This document shows, one piece after another, positions 9,720 through 21,317 of a DNA stretch of 35,502 bases (position 1 is its first letter; every line of letters begins with the position of its first letter). Origin of the DNA: Octopus sinensis (lineage: Eukaryota); assembly GCF_006345805.1 (NCBI RefSeq), contig NW_021832703.1, positions 1 to 35,502 on the forward strand, read 5' to 3'. A program made the translations under genes and the position numbers. The notes beneath the pieces are model-generated. The model was not told the origin of the DNA, did not search any database, and saw only the letters and a program-made list of their open reading frames with translations.

Positions 9720-9915
9720 TTTATAATAAGAGATATATATATATATATTACGGAGATGTACTCGCATAGCAAGTAATTTGATCTGAGATCGTGTGCTGAA
9801 ACGAAAACAATTGCAGCGTGGAAGGTGTTTTAAGCCATTTGTATATATATATATATATAATATATATATATATATAAGATATATATATTAATATTAATAT
9901 TTCTAAGTCTGTCTG

Positions 9916-10180
9916 GAAGAAGCGTCGTATATGTATATATATATATATATGTTATGTATGTGTATGTGTGTGTATGTGTTTGTGTGCACCCCCCTCCCAC
10001 AACATCGCTTGACAACCGATGCTGGTGTATTAACGTTCCCGTTACTTAGCAGTTCGGCAAAACAGACGATAGAGTAAGTACTAGACATACAAAGAACAAG
10101 CTCTGGGGTCGATTTGCTCAACTAAAAGCGGTGCTTCAGCATGGCCGCAGTCAAATGACTTAAACAAGTAAAAGCGTACA
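9916..10180 (+). mobile_element. SINE family B 3' half
   Basis: GAAGAAGC(CC)GTCGTATAT, (TA/TG)n, CATCGCTTGACAACCGATGCTGGTGT..GGGGTCGATTTGCTC.ACTAAA.GCGGTGCT.CAGCATGGCCGCAGTCAAATGAC. Confidence 0.88.
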
Positions 10181-10220
10181 TATATATATATATATATTAT
10201 AGATATATATATATATATAT

Positions 10221-10430
10221 GCTCCGCATGGCCGCAGTCAAATGACTTAAACACGTAAAAGCGTATATAATTATATATATATATATATATGTACGCTTTT
10301 ACGTGTTTAAGTCATTTGACTGCGGCCATACTGGAGCACCGCCTATAATATATATATATATATATGTGTGTGTGTGTACGCTTTTAAATGTTTAAGTCAT
10401 TTGTCTGCGGCCATGCTGGAGCACCGCCTT
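10221..10430. repeat. Three extra SINE-B tail copies (one +, two -) forming a fold-back with the preceding SINE
   Basis: 10228-10265 and 10292-10329 are a perfect 38-bp inverted pair. 10125-10180 and 10375-10430 form the outer pair. Confidence 0.92.
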
Positions 10431-10494
10431 CCGTATATATTGGTATATATGGAGGTCGCAGTATCGTCAGTGTTGGTGGAGAGGACAGGATAGA

Positions 10495-10533
10495 AGCGAA
10501 GCGGAGCAGAGCAGAGCAGAGCAGAGCAGAGCG
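10495..10533 (+). repeat. (GCAGA)n pentanucleotide microsatellite
   Basis: GCGAAGCGGAGCAGAGCAGAGCAGAGCAGAGCAGAGC. Confidence 0.9.
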
Positions 10534-10668
10534 TGTGGACAACAAACACCTGAAGATTTGCGTATTTTGTTCGACGGTTGATGTTTCCGAGACCAAATAC
10601 CCGTATAATATCAAGTGGAATCGGAATTAATCAAGTACGATAAGTCTTCCTCCTCCCCCCACCCTTAC

Positions 10669-10748
10669 CAAAATAGTCTTGTACTTGTAATCGTGTTCTT
10701 CAGACTCAGAGACCTTCTCGATAACCGATGGTATTTTAGGAAGACGGA
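10669..10748 (-). CDS. Candidate internal coding exon (80 nt, phase 1 to phase 0), possibly the N-terminal edge of a Rab-family GTPase domain
   Basis: Acceptor CTACTTACAATTTTGCAG| and donor TTG|GTAAGG. The open frame reads (x)RLPKIPSVIEKVSESEEHDYKYKTIL, and HDYKYKTIL resembles the Rab beta-1 strand that precedes GDSGVGK. No partner exon was found in the window. Confidence 0.45.
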
Positions 10749-10799
10749 CTGCAAAATTGTAAGTAGAACGTAGTTGAAAAGTACTTAGGAAAACAGAGC

Positions 10800-11136
10800 G
10801 AGAGAGAGAAAGAGAGATCGAGAGAGAGAGAGAGAGAGAGAGAGAGTGAGAGAGAGAGTGGAGTGAATAGACTGACAGACAGTCAATCGGACACGCAGGC
10901 ATACAGAAAGACAGACTGACAGACAGAAAGGCTGAAAGAGAAACAGCAGAGATACGTTTACGGAGTTGAGCGAGTGTCAGTGTGTGTGTGTGTGTATGTG
11001 TGTGTGTGTGTGCGCGCGTATGTGTGTGAGTGCGTGTGTGTGTGTGTGTATGCGTACATATATACATTCATCTGCGTGTGTGTGCAAATGAATACAGGTG
11101 TATGTAGATATTGAATTATATGTATATATGTGTGTG

Positions 11137-11167
<31 letters not shown>

Positions 11168-11216
11168 TATATATATATACATGTATATATATGTATATGT
11201 GTGTGTGTGTATATAT

Positions 11217-11249
<33 letters not shown>

Positions 11250-11352
11250 CCTAGAGAGAGATGTATAAAGAAATAGGTAGTGTATATATATACTTGTGTG
11301 TGTGTGTGTATGCGCGCGCAGGCACTTGTCTGTATTTTATACATGCATACAA

Positions 11353-11402
<50 letters not shown>

Positions 11403-11410
11403 GCATACAT
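10800..11410. repeat. Compound microsatellite (AG)n/(ACAG)n/(TG)n/(TA)n/(TAGG)n/(TACA)n
   Basis: Read directly. Confidence 0.95.
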
Positions 11411-11419
11411 AGAGAAATG

Positions 11420-11552
11420 CGGCCAAATGGCAGAATCGTTTGAGGTTCATTTACAATACTTTATGATTTTCATTCCATTTTAAAGATCAAATCTTGCCGA
11501 TGTCATCTCTGACTTTCATTCTATATGGGCCAGTAAATAAAATACCAGCACA
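11420..11552 (+). mobile_element. Old, highly diverged family-A-like SINE
   Basis: TGGCAGAATCGTT..AGATCAAATCTTGCCGATGTCA.CTCTGACTTTCATTCT..AAATAAAATACCAG follows the family A motif order. Confidence 0.45.
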
Positions 11553-12859
11553 AAGGCCTTCTCTGTTTCTCTCTCACCTACTATGTTTATCTTCTATTAA
11601 AAAGGTCTCCGTTTTTTATATTGTGTCACGATGAGTTACACTAAGAATTGTGGTAAGGGTAGGTGCTAAGAGTACAATCTCGTTGCAAATAATTCGGTAA
11701 CATAAAACAGTGAATGTTCATCGTCGAAACAGACGGAGAATCTACTACCCATAAAGAGAAAGAGAGAGAGAGAGAGGAAGATAGATAAATGATACAAATA
11801 GAGAGAGATCCACACATAGATAGATAGCTTCATATACATATATATATATGTGTGTGTGTGTGTGTAAATATACACACGTATTTCTCTCTTTCCCACTCTC
11901 TTTCTCTCTACGTATATGTGTATATATGTGTGTGTGTGTATATATATATATATCCCATATGTATGTGTGTGTGGATGTGTTCATGCCTGTGTATGACTGT
12001 AAAGAAATAGCTAGCTGCGCGTGTAGATACTCAGATACATCGATTTTTCAATAGATAGATACGTCGGTTTATAGACAGGCAGATACAAAATACGTATAAG
12101 GTTTCTGAGGTACTTGAAAGGAAGGTGAAGTAGAAGAGGAGCGGTATGAGTAGACGGATGAAGAAGACGTAGATTTGGGGGAAAACAAATCTTTCTCTTC
12201 GCCTTCCCCCATTACACTGACCAATTTTCGAAGGAAACGATAACGGAATGTTCTTGAAAAAAAAAAAAAAACTCTAAAGAGAAAGGTCGTTTTCGCAAAG
12301 AGAATATGATGATATTATTGTCCTCTAGAGAAGCGATATTTTAAGCAGCCGACAACGGTAAGAATAAGCAACCACCAGCCGCAACAACAGTAATGACAGA
12401 AGCAGACGATGCCTTAAAACGAACGACATTGCTAAAAGAAAGAAGCAAAGTATGAACCACTACAACATCGTCAACATGAACGGCAATGACGATGACGATG
12501 GCAAGACAACAACAACGATAATAACAATAATAACAATACATACGACAACAATCGATCGACGACTAAACTACTCGAACGCTGAAGAGCGTAGCGTTCATTT
12601 ACTGCTATACTAATCTGATGTAGATTAGATAGTCGTAGTTCCTAAATACTAGACGAACCTTAATCCGCCATTTGCAATCCATCAGACGAAAGGTCAAATG
12701 TACATGATTTAATCTAGAAACATCTTCAGCTAAATGCGGACATTATATTTTTCCATGGAAATAATCGTAAAACGTCAAACGGCAAATTCGAAATTCAAAT
12801 CCGTTTTGTTCTGGGGCGTTATCTTAATAACGTTAAGAGCTTAATGCTTGCTCTATTAA

Positions 12860-13417
12860 GACACATGCATATACACACGCATCCATTCAACCATCCATCC
12901 ATACATCCATTCATACATCGCTCTACCCACACATACATACATGCATGCATGCATGCATATATACATACATACATACATAATACATACATACATACATACA
13001 TACATACATACATACATACATACATACATACATACATACATACATAAGCACGTACTTAAGCAGGGACAAACACACAATCGAGCACCAACACATTCCTTAC
13101 AGGGTAAAGCTTATTGCTACATACATATATACATACATACATGCAGACATACATACAGACGTACATACACACATACAAAGATGCAAGCACACATACATTC
13201 ATACACGCATTCGTGTAGTCATACGTACATATACATTCACATAAACAGGCTCAAACACATAACATGTATGTATTATACACATGCACACACAACGAGGTAA
13301 AGACAATTACAATGTGTATCTTCCTCTCACTCTCTCTCTTTCTCTCTTTCTCTCTCTCTCTCTCTCTCGCTTTCTCTCTGTCTGTCTGATTGTCTGTCTC
13401 ACTTCACTCTTTGTATG

Positions 13418-13456
<39 letters not shown>

Positions 13457-13830
13457 ATACATACATACGTAGATATTTTATATATGTGTGTGTGTGCGTG
13501 TGTGTATGCATGTTTTTATATATATATATATATAGTGATATATATATATATATATGTATATTGTATATGTATATGTATATATACATATACGTATATGTAT
13601 ATGTATATATATATGTATATATATATTATATTGTATATGTATAAACACCACACACACACACCACACCACACACACATATATATATTATATATGATACATA
13701 TATATAATATACACACACGATTTATGTGTATGCATATATATATATACATATATGTATGTATAGCATATACATGCATGCATATGCATACACATATACATGC
13801 TATATGCACGCACATATGGGTGTGTGTATG
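12860..13830. repeat. Compound/degenerate (CATA)n, (CT)n, (TA)n, (CA)n field
   Basis: Read directly. Confidence 0.93.
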
Positions 13831-14057
13831 AGCGCATTTTTGTGTTTGCTTGAAAGCAGAAAACATTTAATTGAATCGCAGTGATTGTATTAGTGAAACT
13901 TAATTCATTTCCCCGAGAGAGAAGAAAGACCAGATCGAACCAGACGATATTGAAATCCCGAGCAATAATTTTCCTAACATCATCCCTTGAAGCAACTAAA
14001 CCTTCTTTTTCCTGCTATCTCTTGTTGCTCTACCATCCATTTTCAGATATACACACG

Positions 14058-14085
<28 letters not shown>

Positions 14086-14089
<4 letters not shown>

Positions 14090-14911
14090 GTCTGATCAAT
14101 AACTATCCGGACTGTTGCCATAGTAACGAAGTTAAAGCACGCAGAGTATAGCCGCTTGGCATAGATTGACCCTATACTCTGCTGTGTATGCGCACAAAGT
14201 TTTAACGTTCTAGCCCACTTCCATTGTTCATAGATGTGCTTGGAAGGAACGTGTGTAGCGTGTGATCGCCACATTGACCATGACAGAGAAAATTGTCATG
14301 GCGATACCTGCTCAGAGTCCAACGCAAAGTTATAAAAAGTTTACGGAGAGGAGTGTATCAGCCAGACACAAGTGTACGAGTAGTTCAGACGTTTCCAAAG
14401 TGACTGAAAAAATGTTGATATTGACGAACGTTCCGGGATACCCGCAACCAGCAGAACTGAGAAAAGCATCGTAGATGTGCATGCACCTGTGAGGGGAAAT
14501 CGTTGAATCACTATCCGTAAGTTATCAGAGGAAGTGTAAATGAGTTACGGTTCAGTTTAGTCCATTATCACTGAAGATTTGGGTATCAGACGTGTGTCTG
14601 CCTTGATTCTGTCGAGAACGATGAAAACATTTTGAAAACTTTGCGTAGGCTTCTGAGCAGGTATTACCAAGCTTTTAGCAAAATTTAATGCAAATTCTCT
14701 GCTCAAATTTCTGTTATGTTCAATGCAACGATCACACGCTACACACGTTCCTTCCATGCACTGTTGTAAATAGCGGAAGTGAGCTAGAACGTTAAAACTT
14801 AGTGCGCATGCACAACAGAGTTCAAGGTCAATCTGTGTCAAGTGGCTTCGCTCTGCGTACTTTAGATTTGTTACTATGTCAACAGTCCAGATACCTATTG
14901 ATCAGACCACG
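14086..14911 (+). mobile_element. Non-autonomous mariner (irritans-like) made of two inverted left ends
   Basis: TA|(C/T)GAGGTCTGATCAATA..CAGACCACG|TA termini. 14086-14345 is inverted at 14620-14911. The centre encodes a decayed transposase HTH region (TQVYE*FRRF..DERSG.PATSRTEK..NR*ITIRKLSEEV..SYGSV*SIITEDLGIRRVSA). No DDD domain is present. Confidence 0.9.
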
Positions 14912-15062
14912 TATACATACACGCATTTATTTACACTTGTATAAGTTCCAGAAACAACACGCCTAATCTAAAGATTACCAACACGAGATATCAAAGGCAC
15001 AGACAAAGTATGTAAGACATTCATGAAATTTAGCAGAAAAGGTCGGAAGTTTGTTAATTTTT

Positions 15063-15321
15063 ATCTTTTACTTGTTTCAATCATTTGACTGTAACCATGC
15101 TGGAGGTTTTTTAGTAGTTTAAAACTCGGTACATATTTTGTTGGTTTGTTTTGCGGGGTCGTAAATACACCAGCATCAGTCGCCAAGCGATCATGGGGGC
15201 ACACATACAAAGACAAAGACACACAACACATACACACACATATGTATATATATATATGTATGTATATACATATACATACATACATACACTCACACACAGA
15301 CACACACACACACATACCACA

Positions 15322-15392
<71 letters not shown>

Positions 15393-15490
15393 TATATACG
15401 ACGGGCTTCTTTCAGTTTCCGTTACCAAATCTACTCACAATGCTTTGGTCGGCCCTTTGCTATAGTAGAAGACATTTGCCCAAGATGCCA
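15063..15490 (-). mobile_element. SINE family B, 5'-truncated and internally rearranged
   Basis: Reverse complement of the core (GGCATCTTGGGCAAATGTCTTCTACTATAGC..GAAACTGAAAGAAGCCCGTCGT), expanded (AC)n(AT)n, and tail. Confidence 0.85.
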
Positions 15491-16766
15491 ACATTTCTTT
15501 TTTTTTTTACCAGGCTTGTATTGATAACAAAAATTATAGGTTATAGTATTCATTATCCGGAAGAATGGATAGCCCCCAATAATAACATGTCTGTATTCGT
15601 CGCCATGGTGTACGTATGTGGGAAATAAAAGAAATTATCTGTGTTTGGCATTCCCTTTTTCAAGACGTGTTATCTTGTGTTCCAATGGAAAGGGATTTAC
15701 TGAAGGGGATTTAAGACATAAAAAAAGGTTTCATTTCATAAGGAACGCACATAAGAAAGGTATTTAATTATTTCCACCATTTCTCCCTGTTTAAGTAAGG
15801 GAAGAAGATCGTTATTTTGAGAAGAAAATATTCCATTCGTTTGAAAATCTAAAAAATAATGTTTTCTTCGAGCGAGAAATTCTCCATTGTCTCGATCGCA
15901 AACATGCATGTTTCTGCAGATAGTAATAAGGAAAATATATATTGAAGGGGGTGCTTTTCTGGATGCTGTTCAAAATAAAATAAAATAACTCTTCTATTGA
16001 TAATAACACTGAAAAAAAAGGTTTCAGAAACTCGTTTAATGATCGCAAGAAAAACAATAGAATTCACACACTATAGACATCGTGCTGAACAAGGATTTTT
16101 GTAAATGAAAGCACCTTTAGAAACGTGGCTCCGAATAAAGAAGTTTTGACAGGGACAAAAATATCCTGCCCCCCCCCCCCCAAAAAAAAATGTTAGTAGT
16201 ACTAGATACCAAAAAGCTGTGGTATGGCTTCGTTCGATGAATTTGTTCAAAAGTGGACAAGAACAAAAGTGATATATTGCTTCCTTGTAAAGAGACAGTG
16301 GTTTTATAGGGTCTTCAATGTACAAGTTGAAGAAGGATTTGATCTATGCACGAGTGTGTGTTGCCAACAGAACGAGCCGAAGCAGCATGTTGTACTGTCG
16401 GTTAAGGCTTTAAGGTTGTGGCTACACTCAGAACTAGAGTGAAAGTAATGCAGTATATATCTTCATAAAGACTTGTATCGGACAACATAGGAAGGAATTT
16501 TAATAAGGATAACGCTTAAGGTTGTTAGCAGAGATACTGCTCGTTGTAAACCTGTTTACTGAATGTGGGTGAACGAATATGCTGTGGAATGATTTATGGT
16601 CTGGAGCACACAGAGCACCGTTTTGTAATTACTCCCTATATTTATGAAGGGGTCTTGACAGCAAGTAAAGAAATCATCATCATCATCATCATCTTTATAA
16701 TTCTTCTTATTATTATTATTCCCCTCCGCTTCTTCTTTTTCGTCTTTATCTTCATATTATTATTAG

Positions 16767-16978
16767 AGAGGAGAGTTGGCTGAATCGTTAGGATGCCAGA
16801 CAAAATGCTTGGTGGCATTTATTTCGGCTTTACACCCTGAGTTCAAATTTTGACGAGGTCGACTTTGCCTTTCCTCCTTTCGAGGTCGATGAAATAATTA
16901 CCCGTAGATCACTGAGATCGATGTAATCGACTACACCCACCACTATTAATTTGAGGCTTTATGCCTATAATAGAAAGA

Positions 16979-16980
<2 letters not shown>
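16767..16980 (+). mobile_element. SINE family A-related subfamily with (ATT)n tail
   Basis: TTGGCTGAATCGTTAG..GAGTTCAAATTTTGACGAGGTCGACTTTGCCTTTC..GATCGATGTAATCGACT..TGCCTATAATAGAAAG followed by (ATT)n. Confidence 0.8.
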
Positions 16981-17017
<37 letters not shown>

Positions 17018-17040
17018 TATCATTATCATTATCCTAATTA

Positions 17041-17086
<46 letters not shown>

Positions 17087-17148
17087 TATTATTATTGAGA
17101 GAGCTGCACATCCATGAAAGAATGATGGGGTACAAACATACGAAGCTC

Positions 17149-17181
<33 letters not shown>

Positions 17182-17206
17182 CATTATTATTATTATTATT
17201 TACATA
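16981..17206 (+). repeat. (ATT)n microsatellite blocks
   Basis: Read directly. Interrupted at ~17096-17148. Confidence 0.95.
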
Positions 17207-17830
17207 TGTCAAACCATCTTCCAATGGGTTTACATTCCGACTGCACGAACTAGGTCAGCGAACTGTAATCCCTGATGAGAATACGAAATCTTTGAACAAT
17301 AAGTCATACAAAATCGATGAAACAACTCTTGTACGAATATACATTCGTTAAGGTATCGTGAAGTTCACGCCCCTGAAGGACAAGAAACTTGCTTAAGGGA
17401 GGCGTAACTGCAAATGTCAAATTAATGCTAATCTATTTAACGATGATGAAAAAATAAAACAATACCATATAAATTAAAATCAAAGGTGTTTATAAAATAA
17501 TTAGTAATTCCCATTGTTTATATATAATTACTTTCCAACATTTTCATTCGCAAGTTTTCTCTTCTTTCCTTTCGAAAATACAATTTTAGTATCGAAGATC
17601 GATTCCTGTTCCAGCAGTTCAATACAGAAATTTATTTCATTTGATCGATTTTTCTGTGATTTCCACTACGCATATATTCTGCTATTTGGATTAGATTCCT
17701 GACATTCTCTTATTCAAATTTTCATTTGTTATAAGTATTCTAATCATTATTCACATATGCACATCATTCTACACACATCATTCTATGCACATTATACATC
17801 GACAGTATGTATAATCTTTTATATCTTACG

Positions 17831-18055
17831 TGTTTCAGTCCCTGGACTGCGGCCATGCTGGGGCATCGCCTTGAGTGGTTTAGCTGAACAAATCTACGCC
17901 AGTACTTATTTGTTTCCCAGTTTTTGGTTCTTTTTTCTTTTTTGTACAGTCTGGTATTTATTCTGTCGGTCCCTATTTGTCAAACCGCTAGGTTATAGGG
18001 ACATAAGCAAACTGAAACCGGTTCTCAAGCGATGGTGGGGGGACAAACAAACGCA
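17831..18055 (-). mobile_element. SINE family B/C 3' half
   Basis: TGTTTCAGTC..GACTGCGGCCATGCTGGGGCATCGCCTTG...CAAGCGATGGTGGGGGGACAAAC. Confidence 0.78.
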
Positions 18056-18724
18056 CAAAGAAATACGTGTTGTGTTCTTGAGCAAAGCACTTCGCTTCAC
18101 ATTGCTAATTTCGAAGGGAAAAGTTGACCTGCTCGCCAAGACAAGCCGGGATAGGCTTCCACACGATCTCCGTCTCTCAAATGTTACTCACAATGAAGAG
18201 GCATTAGTCAAGTCGAAGCATCTGTGATATATATATATTTCTTTGATTTCGTTCATTCAGTTCATATCCATAATAGCGAAATTGCTTTAAGAACTTTCCG
18301 CCTAGAATTCCGATGTTGGAGATATCTTTGCCTGAATTATAAATTAGGGTTAAATTTGGGTTTATCACAGCATCAGCTCAATGCTTGCAATTCCTTGTAG
18401 ATGACATAAAAAGGCGAATGCTTCATAACAGACGTTGAAATACCTTGAAAGAAAAATCATTGCGCAAAAGAAATGATCCCGGAATATCCAGAATGTTGGG
18501 ATACCCAGCGTTAGCTCAATCCCGATCACGTTATCTTATTAACTGGAACATAAAGCTCTGTGTGAGTTCTCCAAAAATCTACTGTATTTAGAACAGCTCA
18601 AATGTGTAGAACGATACATTTAAAGGTTTCATGTTAACGCTCTTGATTAACTATTAAAACAAGAAATTAAAAAAATATCATTTAACTGCCATGGAATAAA
18701 ATTTAGTAATAATATATTTTAAAA

Positions 18725-19230
18725 GAACAGATAGCATGGTATCTATATTCACTGGAATCTATGCCAGCACTATGGAATAACAACACAAAAAATGGTATAA
18801 GTACACGCCAGAAAAGGTCACAGAAAATAAGAAAGCAACCATACTCTGGGATACGTCAATACACACATATAGAGAAATTAGGGACAGTAAGCTAGATGTA
18901 GGTGTCAGAGATCATTAGTTAAAAATATGCTTTGTAATACCAACAGATGACAATGTTTCTCTAAAAGAAACGGAGAAACTTTCAAAATGCAAAGATTTGG
19001 AAATAGAGGTAACTCGAATGTAGTCTAAAAATAGAAACAATTCCTATCATAGTAGGCGTTTTAAGTATGATAAAAAATATTCAAACAAATACATAACAAA
19101 ACACCAGGACTAACAAGCACCGCACACATCCTATGTAAAACACTTTCAATACAGTAAAAATAAGAGCATCACCGCAAACCACTGCACGTACCCAAGGTAC
19201 ATAGAGCACGTGATAAAAATAAGACTGCTG
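18725..19230 (+). mobile_element. RLE-type LINE (R4/Dong/HERO-like) 3' part: endonuclease domain and 3' UTR, decayed
   Basis: Translates YIHWNLCQHYGIT..KWYKYTPEKVTENKKATILWD..IHTYREI..KLDV.V.D..ICF...PTDDNVSLKETEKLSKCKDLEIEVTRM*..ETIPIIVG. These are the PD-(D/E)xK RLE motifs. Confidence 0.88.
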
Positions 19231-19360
<130 letters not shown>

Positions 19361-20544
19361 GATAATTTCTCTTTTATTTACCACAGGGATATACAAAGCA
19401 CTGATTTTTCATCGAGTACCTATAATTTACCAATTCATACTCAACCGAAGATAATCATCATATTGTTATCGGGAGTCAAATGCCGAATGCTAAAATGCAG
19501 TACCTTATAGTATATGACAAATAGGTTTAATTGCACAAAGTAAGCCTGGGGCAGTCTTTCTAGAAAATTGTAAACTCGTATTTTAGCCTGTGAACCAGTA
19601 TTGACCAACATTGTCGAACACAGCTTTACAACAAGCCGAACTTAAGTAAAGCCGCTGAGTTCACTGCCCTGTCTATTTGTTTATATTCGACTACTTTCTT
19701 TCTTTATAGTTCCCAATCTTTAAGTGAAGCAAACAGCGTTCATGATATATCCGTTTCAATCTAAGCGAATGTCATTTTTCTTGCTTCAAGAGGCTCCAGT
19801 TTAAATTAGTTCTGTCAATCAAAGAATCTCTTGGAAAAGAGAGAGAAACAGAAGAGCGATCGATTGCCTTACTTCAGCGAGTCTGGTCTTATTGTATGTA
19901 CAATGCTGATAGGAACGTCAATAGAAGAGGGCAGTCTTTGGGTATTGAATTTAATCTAGTTCTTAAGACTGGAGATTCTTTCCTCTGTTCTGATACATTT
20001 TGACTTGCCGCCGAAGTACCATTGACATATTCTACTCTCCCGTACCGCCGACTCGCAAGTCGATAGAAAAACGGCAGAGAGATAAGGAGCTAGCATTATT
20101 CAAGATACTCATGAACAAACAAACTGATCTCCTCTCACCCTGTCCACATCACTTCCAAGCCACTTTCCTCAATGACTATTATTATGTCATGTCTAGTAAA
20201 AATCTATTTCACACTCTGTAAGATTTAAACAGAAAACCAGTGCAATCTGTTGAAATGAAGGCTGAACACTAACGTAAACTTAGTTAAAGCCTGCAAAGTA
20301 GTATTCCCGCTGTTGCGCATGACTGATCATGCCAAGAGCAGGTGTGTAGCTGATGCCGTTTTAAGACCAAACTATTATTGGCATTATTAGACGTTTCTAC
20401 TCCGTACTTTAGAAAATGTGTTTTAAGTTAGAATAGACGAAGAATTCAGAAAACATTTTGACTGCTCCCATCATGGGTTCGAATATTATTTCCCGTTAAC
20501 AAGGAAGGCTTCAGTTATATTTATATTGATTATTTCTAAGTTTT

Positions 20545-20680
20545 GGTGGTGATGATGATGATGATGATGACGATGGTGATGGTGATGGTGATGGTGATGA
20601 TGATGGTGGTGATGGTGATGGTGATGGTGGTGATGATGATGATGATGAGGTGGGTGGTGGTGGTAGTTGAGATGATGATA

Positions 20681-20715
<35 letters not shown>

Positions 20716-20765
20716 TGGGATGATGATGATGAGGAGGATTGCGGTGGTGGTAGTGGTGGTGGTGG

Positions 20766-20799
<34 letters not shown>

Positions 20800-21005
20800 T
20801 GGAATGATGATGATGATAATGATGGTGGTGGTGGTGGTGGTGGTGGTAGTTGGGATGAGGATGATGATGATGATGGTTGTGGTGGTGGTAGTTGAGATGA
20901 TGATAATGATGATGATGATGGTGGTGGTGGTGGTGGTGGTGGTGATGGTAGTGGTGGTGATGATGATGAGGAGGAGGATTGCGGTGGTGGTAGTGGTGGT
21001 GGTGG

Positions 21006-21037
<32 letters not shown>

Positions 21038-21059
21038 TTTGTGGTGGTGGTGATAGTGG

Positions 21060-21103
<44 letters not shown>
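20545..21103. repeat. Degenerate (GRT)n triplet array (GAT/GGT) with higher-order duplication
   Basis: Marker GAGGAGGATTGCGG at 20731 and 20971. Marker GTAGTTGAGATGATGATAAT at 20663 and 20888. Confidence 0.95.
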
Positions 21104-21317
21104 GTGATATGTATTGGTCTCTATATTTAGAGATGATATCATAATTATATTCACCCCACCCCATGTAAACTTGTCTGCTTTTACAATGAGTTGCTTATCC
21201 CCACTGGTTTTTGTTTTGCCAATTTAAACAAATTCTTAAATGAAGAGGAGGGGAAGGGAGAGGATGGTAATGATAATGCTAGTGCTGCTGCTGCTGCTGC
21301 TTATGATGATGATGATG

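Noticed and set aside
9750-9840. Complex 90-nt island between (AT)n runs that looks like an interspersed-repeat fragment
   Set aside because: No second copy in the window and no diagnostic ends, so it cannot be classified.
12340-12610. Protein-like plus-strand text (AADNGKNKQPPAATT..; MNHYNIVNMNGNDDDD..)
   Set aside because: Short frames with stops, derived from decayed (ACA/ACG/AAT) triplets. No consistent splice sites.
18191-18220. 30-nt minus-strand AG/GTGAGT-bounded segment reading CFDLTNASS (Rab-like FDLT)
   Set aside because: It would lie upstream of the beta-1 exon, the wrong order for one GTPase domain. The acceptor context is (AT)n and the segment is too short to trust.
19872-20090. 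Minus-strand ~60-codon open stretch and a GTAAGG donor at ~19866
   Set aside because: The long frame stops before the donor, the frame reaching the donor has a weak acceptor, and there is no recognisable motif.
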